Of a stretch of DNA of 64,000 nt, positions 56,301 to 64,000 are shown in pieces (within the stretch, counting starts at the first letter, position 1; each line of letters starts with the position of its first letter). The position numbers were made by a program, and so were the translations under genes. Source of the stretch: the human T2T-CHM13v2.0 reference genome, Homo sapiens; the NCBI RefSeq assembly GCF_009914755.1, contig NC_060938.1. The stretch is one strand, 5' to 3'. The notes under the pieces were generated by a model. It saw only the letters and a list, made by a program, of their open reading frames with translations, was not told where the DNA came from and made no database searches.

Positions 56301-59300
56301 GTTTTGGGATACAGAATCGATATAAAAAAATCAGTAGCATTTCTATATACCAACAATGTCCAACCTGACAGCCAAATCAAGAATGCAATCCCACTGACAA
56401 TAGGCACACACACAAAAATAAAGTACCCAAAAACACAGCTAACCAGGGAGGTGAAAGACCTCAACAGCAAGTATTACAAAACACTGTTGAAAGAAATCAG
56501 AAATGATACAAACAAATGGAAAAACATTCTACACTCACGGATAGGAAAAATCAATATTGTTAAAATAACTATAATGTCCAATGGTATTTATAGATTCAAC
56601 GCTATTTCCATCAAACTTCCAATGATATTTTTCACAGAATTAGAAAAAACTATTCTAAAATTTATATGGAACCAAAAAAAGAGGCTAAATAGCCAAAATA
56701 ATTCTAAGCAAAAAGAACAAGGCTGGAGGAATCGCACTACCTGACTTCAAACTATACTACAAGGCTACAGTAATCAAAGCAGCATTGTACTGGTACAAAA
56801 ATGGACACATAGACCAATGGAACAAGTTAGATAACCCAGTTATAAATCCACACACCTACAACCATCTGAACTTTGAGAAAGCTGACAAAAACAAGCAGTA
56901 GGAAAAGGACTCCCTATTCCATAAATAGTGCTAAGATAACTCGCTAGCCATATGCAGAAGACTAAAACTTGACCCTCGCCTTTTATCATGTGCAAAAATC
57001 AACTCAGGCAGATTAAAGAATGAAATGTAAACCCTAAAACTATAAATCCCTAGATGAAAACTTAGGAAACACCATTCTGGACATAGGTCCTGGCAAAGAT
57101 TTCATGATGAAGACTCTGAAAGCAATTGCAATAAAAACAAAAATTGACAAATGGGACCTAATTAAACTAAAGAGTCTCAGCACAACAAGAAACTATCAAC
57201 AGAGTAAACAGACAACGTACATAATGAGAGAAAAGTTTTAAAACCTGTGAACCTGATGAAAGACTAATATCCAGAATCTAAAAGGAACTTACACAAATTA
57301 ACAAGCAAAAAACAAACAACCCCATTAAAAAGTGGGCAAAGAAAATTTAAGACCTCAAACTATGAAAATACTACAAGAAAATACTGAGTAAAATCTCCAG
57401 GGCATTGGTCTGGGCAAAAATTTCTTGAGCAATACCCCACAAGCACAGACAACAAAAGCAAAAATGAACAAACGGGATCACATCAAGTCAAAAAGCTTCT
57501 GCACAGCAAAGGATACAATCGACAAAGTGAAGAGATAACTCACAGAATGGGAGAAAATATTTGCAAACTACCCATCTGTCATGGAATTAATAACCAGAAT
57601 ATATAAGGAGCTCAAACAACTCTATAGGAAATATCTAATATTCCAATCAAAAATGGGCAAAAGATTTGAAAAGACATTTTTCAAAATAAGACAGACGAAT
57701 GGAAATCAGGCATATGAAAATGTGCTCAACATCACTTTGAGCAAATAAAAACTATAATGAGTTATCACCTCAGTTAAAATGGCTTATATCCAAAAGACAA
57801 GCAATAGCAAATGCTGACAAGGATGTGGAAAAACGGGACATCTTGTGCACTGTGGGTGAGAATGTAAATTAGTACAACCACTATGTATAACAAGTTTGTA
57901 GGTTCCTCAAAAAACTAAAAACAGAGCTACCATATCATCCAGCAATCCCACTGCTGGGTATATACCCAAAAGGAAGGAAATCAGTATATCAAAGAGATGT
58001 TTGCACTCCTATGTTTTTTGCAGCACTGTTTACAATAGCTAAGAATTGGAAGCACCCTAAGCGTTCATCAGTAGATGAATGCATAAAGAAAACGTGGTAT
58101 GTATGCACACCTGAGAACTATTCATCCATGATAAAGAATGAGATCCTGTCATTTGCAAAACCATGGTTGGAATTGGAGATCATTATGTTAAATGAAGCAA
58201 GCCAGGCACAGAAAGACAAACTTCACATATTCTCACTTATTTGTGGGGTCTAAAAAAATCAAAATAATTGAACTCATAATTATAGGGAGTAGAAGGATGG
58301 TGAACAGAAACTGGGATGGGTGGTGGGGCCTGGGTCGGGGTACTTGGGGATGGTTAATGGGTACAAAAAAGTAGAAAGAAATAAGACCTAGTATTTGATA
58401 GCACAAGGTGACTATAGTCAATAATAACTTAATTGTCCACTTTAAAATAACTAAAAGAGTGTAACTGGATTGTTTGCAACACAAAGGATGAATACTTGAG
58501 GGGATGGATACCCCATTCTCCATGATATGATTATTTCACATTGCATGCCTATATCAAAACATCTCATGTACCCCATAAATACATACATCTACTATGTACC
58601 CACAAAAAATTAAAAACATAAAAATATTTTTTAAATGAGCAAAGGACATGAACAGATACTTTTCAAAAGAAGACATACATGCAGCCAACAAGCATATGGA
58701 AAAATTCTCAACATCAATAGTCATTAGAGAAATGCACATCAAAACTACAATGAGATACCATCTCACACCAGTTGGAATGGCTATTCTTAAAAAGTCAAAA
58801 AACAACAGATTCTGTTGAGGATGCAGAGAAAAGGGAGCACATAGATGTTGCTGGTGGGAATTTAAATTAGTTCACCTACTGTGGAAAGCAGCTTGGAGAT
58901 CTGTCAAAAAACTTAAAACAGAACTACCATTTGACCCAGCAATCCCATTACTAACTATATATCCAAAGGAATAGAAATCATTCTACCATAAAGACACACA
59001 CATGCATATTTTCACTGCAACACTACTCACAATAGTAAAGACATGAAATCAACCTAAATGCTTATCAATGGTAGACTAGATAAGGAAAATGGGGTATATA
59101 TACACACTGGAATACTACACAGCCATAAAAAGAACAAAATCATGTTCTTTGCAGTAATGCAGATACAGCAGGAGGCTATTGCCCTAAGTGAATTAACGCA
59201 GAAACAGAAAATCAAATACTGTATGTTTTCACTTATAAGTAGGAACTAAACACTGAGTACACGCGGACAATAAGAAGGGAACAATAGACACCAGAACCTA

Positions 59301-59463
59301 CTGGAGGGTGGAGGATGAGGTTTGTAAAACTAGCTGTCATTTACTATGCTTATTACCTGGGTGACAAAATAACCTGTATACCAAAGCCCCATTGCATGCA
59401 ATTTTCCCATGTAGCAAACCTGTACATGTACCCCCGAACCTAAAATAAAAGTCAATAAGATAA
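53388..59463 (+). mobile_element. L1PA15/16-type LINE with both ends present, ORF1 deleted, containing a nested L1MA
   Basis: 5' UTR from GGAAGAGCCAAAATGG jumps at ~54235 into ORF2 endonuclease sequence (TGCTGTCTTCAAGAGACCCAT = CCLQETH); RT homology 55700-56300; 3' UTR to ~59460; TSD AAAATGTG(G/A)TAT. Confidence 0.88.
57341..58632 (+). mobile_element. L1MA1/2-type 3' fragment nested in the L1PA15/16
   Basis: A second ORF2 C-terminus and L1MA 3' UTR (GGATGGATACCCCATTCTCCATGAT); TSD AA(G/A)TG(G/A)GCAAAG; the host L1 resumes with GACATGAACAGA. Confidence 0.85.
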
Positions 59464-59872
59464 ACAAAATGTGATATGTATACACACAATGGAATACCAT
59501 TCAGCCATTATAAACAATAAAATAATGTCTTTTGCTGCAACATAGATGGAACTGGAGGCCATTATCTTAAGTGAAACAACGCAGAAACAGAAAGTCAAAT
59601 ACCACAAGTTCTCACTTATAACTCGTAGCTAAGTAATGTGTGTACATGAACCTAGAGTGTGGCATGATAGACATTAGAGACTTGGGAGGGTGCCAGGGTG
59701 GGAGAGGGGTGAGGGATGAGAAATTACTTAACGATCACAATGTATATTACTCAGGTCATGGTTACACTAAAAACCCAGACTTTACCACTAAGCCATATAC
59801 TCATATAACAAAACTGCACTCGAACCCCTTAAATTTATACAAATTATAAAAAAATTAAAAACAAAGAAAAAG
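59464..59872 (+). mobile_element. L1PB-type 3' end
   Basis: GGGATGAGAAATTACTTAA..CACTAAAAACCCAGACTTTACCACTA..CCCCTTAAATTTATACAAAT. Confidence 0.85.
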
Positions 59873-62364
59873 TAAAACAAGGCCTAAGTAGTTAGGATAA
59901 GAAAATTTGCATGTATCCTAAGTTTAAATCAATGCCAAAAGGCATTAAGGAAGAAAATAATACACACATTTAAGTCTTAACATTAATACAAACCCTTGCT
60001 TTCTAATTCAAAAGGAGTATTTTCCTTTAAATGAAAATGATGTGATAGAGCACATCATTTATTAATCATATCAAATATTAATGGCTGAGAATTCATAAGT
60101 AGTAGACATTTTAGAAACAAACAGTCTAGCGTCCAGCTAAGATGCCTCTAGAGATGCATTATGGTGAGGCAGGACTCAGACCTAAAATAAAAACAAATGT
60201 CTCAAATAGATTGTTGAATAGACATTTGCAAGAAAAATAATTTGTAAAATGTCTATCTTTTTACATTATGTTGGTTAAATACTTTTCTATCTATTAAAGG
60301 CTTATTTATTTTCTTCTTGTTTACTATTAAAACATGTATTTTCTTGCAATAAAAATAAACTCTGGTTTTAAAAAGAAGAGCTGGCAAAGAACAGACAGTA
60401 TTACCTATGGTTCAAAATGTTGGTAAATTACTGAATCCAGCCCCAACTTTGAAACTTGTGAAACTGTCCTTGAATAACTGCTTTGGAGGCATATTCAGGA
60501 GCAAGGTATCTGTGAACCTCTGTCCTGGTGACTAAATGTGGAAAAGTTTTTATTCCGTCTGGAAGCAGACCAACAGAGAGCCCTAAATAGAAGCAGCTTA
60601 AGGGCTTAAAAGACTCCATAATTAGGCCTCTGCTTCATCTAAATGCACATGACAAACTTCAGGAATTGTTGAAGGTCTGCCTCTTTCTACCCCCATCAGT
60701 GGAATTGGAGCCAGCTTGGAGTTGAAAAACTGAGGCTGCAGGCTCAGAACAATTATCACCTGTATGGCCATGAGCGAAGCACCTTACCTCCCTTAACTCA
60801 CTTGTCTTACAGTGTTGATTTCAAGCTCAAACGCCATCACGCCTGTGGCGTGTAAACTGTGAAGTGATGAGTAGCATCACTTTGGAAGTGAAATTTCTAC
60901 AAACCATAACATGTAAGCAGAGCTACTGCCAGCAGGGCCAGTAGGTTGGAGTGAATTTGCAGTCCTGATGATCAATTGAGGTAATGAGAGTTATATCTAC
61001 ACTCTGCTCAGATTCAAATGTGGCATGCAGGGTTTTCAGAGCAATCGTTTTCTCTTCAAAGTCCTTCACAATGGGAATAAGGCACTACTCTGACAATCAC
61101 AGCCACTGGCATCGGGTGATCTCAATTCACTCCACAGTGATATCAAAATTGCTGTACTACTCTGAATGCACTAGACAAGCTGGTGCTGCAGGACTGTGCA
61201 GAATTTGCAGGCACAAATGGTTAGAAACAGCAGCTGGGAGTTAACTCTAATCGTGATTTAACACCAATTAATAATGGTAATTTTCATAATCCTATTACAT
61301 AGGGCTTATTGCCAAAGTTATCAAAGATATTGTGTGTTTTTAGATAACAGTGATTATTCTGGTCAGTGATGATAAAAACTGCTGGGCAGCGTGACAGATT
61401 CACGTTTCATTCATTCATTTAATTATATAGCAGACTCTATTCTGGCCATTGACAATAAAGTATTACAGAAAATACCTACTGTATGGAGCTCATTGTTTAG
61501 TTGAAAAATAGAAATGTAAATAAGAAACCAAAGTACCATAATCAGTGTTATGAGAGAAGTAAACATAGATACTACGTACTATTTGAGGGTTTTGTGGAAA
61601 CTATATTATCTTTTGTTGCAAGTGTGGACAATGTTTTAGTAATGTCTTTTCCACAGCATCAAGAATTGATGGATTCGTGGAACAAACGGGCTCTACTATT
61701 TTGTTTAGCTAATATACCATTGTGGGGAGGGTGGGTGAAGAAAAGAAAAAAAAGTAGTTGGAACACCCATTGTCACTCCTAGACCATTTCTTCGAAGATG
61801 CTCGTATTGCTACTGAAATAGATGCAATCTGCGACACATGTACACCAAGCAAATACTTTATGCCTGTTTGATATCCAATTCCAGTATGTTTTTCATTTAC
61901 AAAAGATCATTGCTACTGAGAAGCTTCATTGATCACAGAAAAAAATGACATTTTGTGCTGCTGGATTCACCATAATATGAACGTTTTCTGGAAAGAAAAG
62001 CATTATTGAGTTCTGAGCCTGTGCTAATGCCAGAGTGAACCCAAACCACTATTTCTTACCACTGGAACATCAAAATACAGGATTGCTACTACGCTTCTCC
62101 ATAACATTGCCAGCTGGCTTCAGTTGATCTCTACTCAAGAACAGTGCCATCTGTAGAAAAGGACAGTGGCTTTTTAGGGTTAAATGGAATCTACATGTAC
62201 CTCTATGTTCTGTTTTTCCATTTTACAATTCGGATTGATCATGCCTGGGGACTTTTTTCTAAGTTTACATAGCAATCCTTCTTAAATCACTGTAGGGCAG
62301 CAAGAAAACCTTGCTGGTATTGATAATTATACATTGCCCAGAAGTTATAAAAATCAGCACTGAA

Positions 62365-62388
62365 TGTTGTTGCTGCTGCTGCTGCTGC
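62365..62388. repeat. Short (TTG)/(CTG)n trinucleotide tract
   Basis: TGTTGTTGCTGCTGCTGCTGCTGC. Confidence 0.8.
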
Positions 62389-62488
62389 ACATCCATCCCC
62401 AGTAATGTTACACTCCAGCTGTAAGTTTTGATTTTAACATATTTTCAAAGTCATTTCTTCACATTTAACTTAAAATATAAAACTTGGT

Positions 62489-62888
62489 TGTTATAGACTG
62501 AATGTTTATGTCTCCCACCCGCAAATTCATATGGGGAAGCCTTAACCTCTAGTATGGCTGTATTTGGAGACAAGGCTTCTGAGAAAGTAATCAAGGTTAC
62601 GTGAGGTCATAATGATGAGGCTCTGATCCAATAGGACTTGTGTCTTTATAACAAGAGACTCGAGAGCTCTCTCACTCTCTCACACACAGGCACTGCAGGG
62701 ATGCCATGTGAGCACACAGTGAGAAGGTGGCCAGTGGCAACCCAAGGAGAGAAACGTCCCCAGACAACATCCCTACTGCACCTTGATTTTGGACTTCTAA
62801 CCTCCAGAACTGTGAGAAAATAAATTTCCGTTGTTGAAACTACTCAGTCTATGGTATTTTGTGATAGTAAGCCAAGCAGACTAATACA
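62489..62888 (+). mobile_element. MLT1A-type solo LTR (MaLR)
   Basis: TGTTATAGACTGAATGTTTATGTC..CAAATTCATAT..CTCCAGAACTGTGAGAAAATAAAT..AGACTAATACA. Confidence 0.88.
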
Positions 62889-62975
62889 AGGGTTAAAGAA
62901 ATATTGGCAAGGGGTACCAGACTAACCTGTGCATTGAACTAAGTGGTATAGAGATGTTTAATAAAAATGAGTCTA

Positions 62976-63359
<384 letters not shown>

Positions 63360-64000
63360 TCAGTTTGACATCATTTTTATCAACATCCAATGGGCCCCAC
63401 TCCATGACAATAGTAAAGGTATTAGAACTCTAGAGCCATTTGCTTAGAAACTTTAATTACACCAGTGACAAAATAAGCAGAGTCATGGAGTGAAAAGACA
63501 ACACTTCTCTGGCCATGATCACTCAATCTGGAACCACAAGAGGGTTTATACCCACCGATATAACATAGACATGGTATTTAAAAGGGAAACCCGCTTGATT
63601 ATATAATTTTAGCCTGTATTAACATGGTTCAATCTTAGTTATTTTTTTCTTTTTCAAAATTCAGTTTACATTCTTCTTTTGCATTTTTGGAATTGGCTGC
63701 ATAGTAATCTTCTGTTAGTTTTCAGCCCTAACAACAACAACAAAAAAAACACATTCTCTACCTGCTACCAAACAAGTCTCAGATTTTTCCAGTTCTATAT
63801 GAAAATATTCAATTTTGTATTTTCTTTTTCTCCTTCCCTTCCTTTTTTTTTGATTAACTAATATTTTTAGTATACATAATTTAGTACACATTTGGTGGTA
63901 AGCTTGTCAATATTTTTTGTAACTTCTAATATAAAAGTATTAATATCTTTTTAAAAATAACTTAAGATACAAAAGTGAAAAAGTAGCAGGCGGGCCCTGT

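Noticed and set aside
55733-56744. Reverse-transcriptase-like ORFs (also 47155-47990)
   Set aside because: Fragments of decayed L1 ORF2 with stops, frameshifts and a damaged or missing catalytic motif; neither active nor novel.
60428-60619. ORF containing a kinase-like RYLAPEY motif
   Set aside because: No HRD, DFG or other kinase subdomains nearby and the frame stops soon after; a chance match is most likely.

Overview
Human (or very close hominoid) AT-rich, CpG-poor, repeat-dense sequence with no CpG island and no protein-coding gene I can name. Young AluYd8 and AluYa5 copies point to human. Roughly half the window is interspersed repeat: 13 Alus, several nested L1s (L1MB, L1MD/ME, L1MA, L1PA15-17, L1PB), L2 and MIR relics, DNA-transposon fossils (MER53, MER45A, MER44, MER5), solo LTRs (MER57, LTR33, LTR19-like, MLT1, THE1D) and a minus-strand MER41-LTR provirus remnant (gag-pro-RNaseH-IN-env) that lacks its 5' end, RT and most of env. 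The most striking structure that repeats do not explain is a ~1.4 kb inverted duplication (33170-34592; ~525 bp arms, 370 bp spacer). Its arms are ~97% identical in the middle but much more diverged at both edges, which suggests arm-to-arm gene conversion and a possible polymorphic micro-inversion or long dsRNA hairpin. All L1s and 12 of 13 Alus are on the + strand, and several exon-like segments lie on the - strand, so the window may be inside a minus-strand transcription unit. I found no evidence for a novel multi-gene system. Repeat subfamily names come from recalled consensus sequences, alignments were done by eye, and boundaries of old repeats are approximate.
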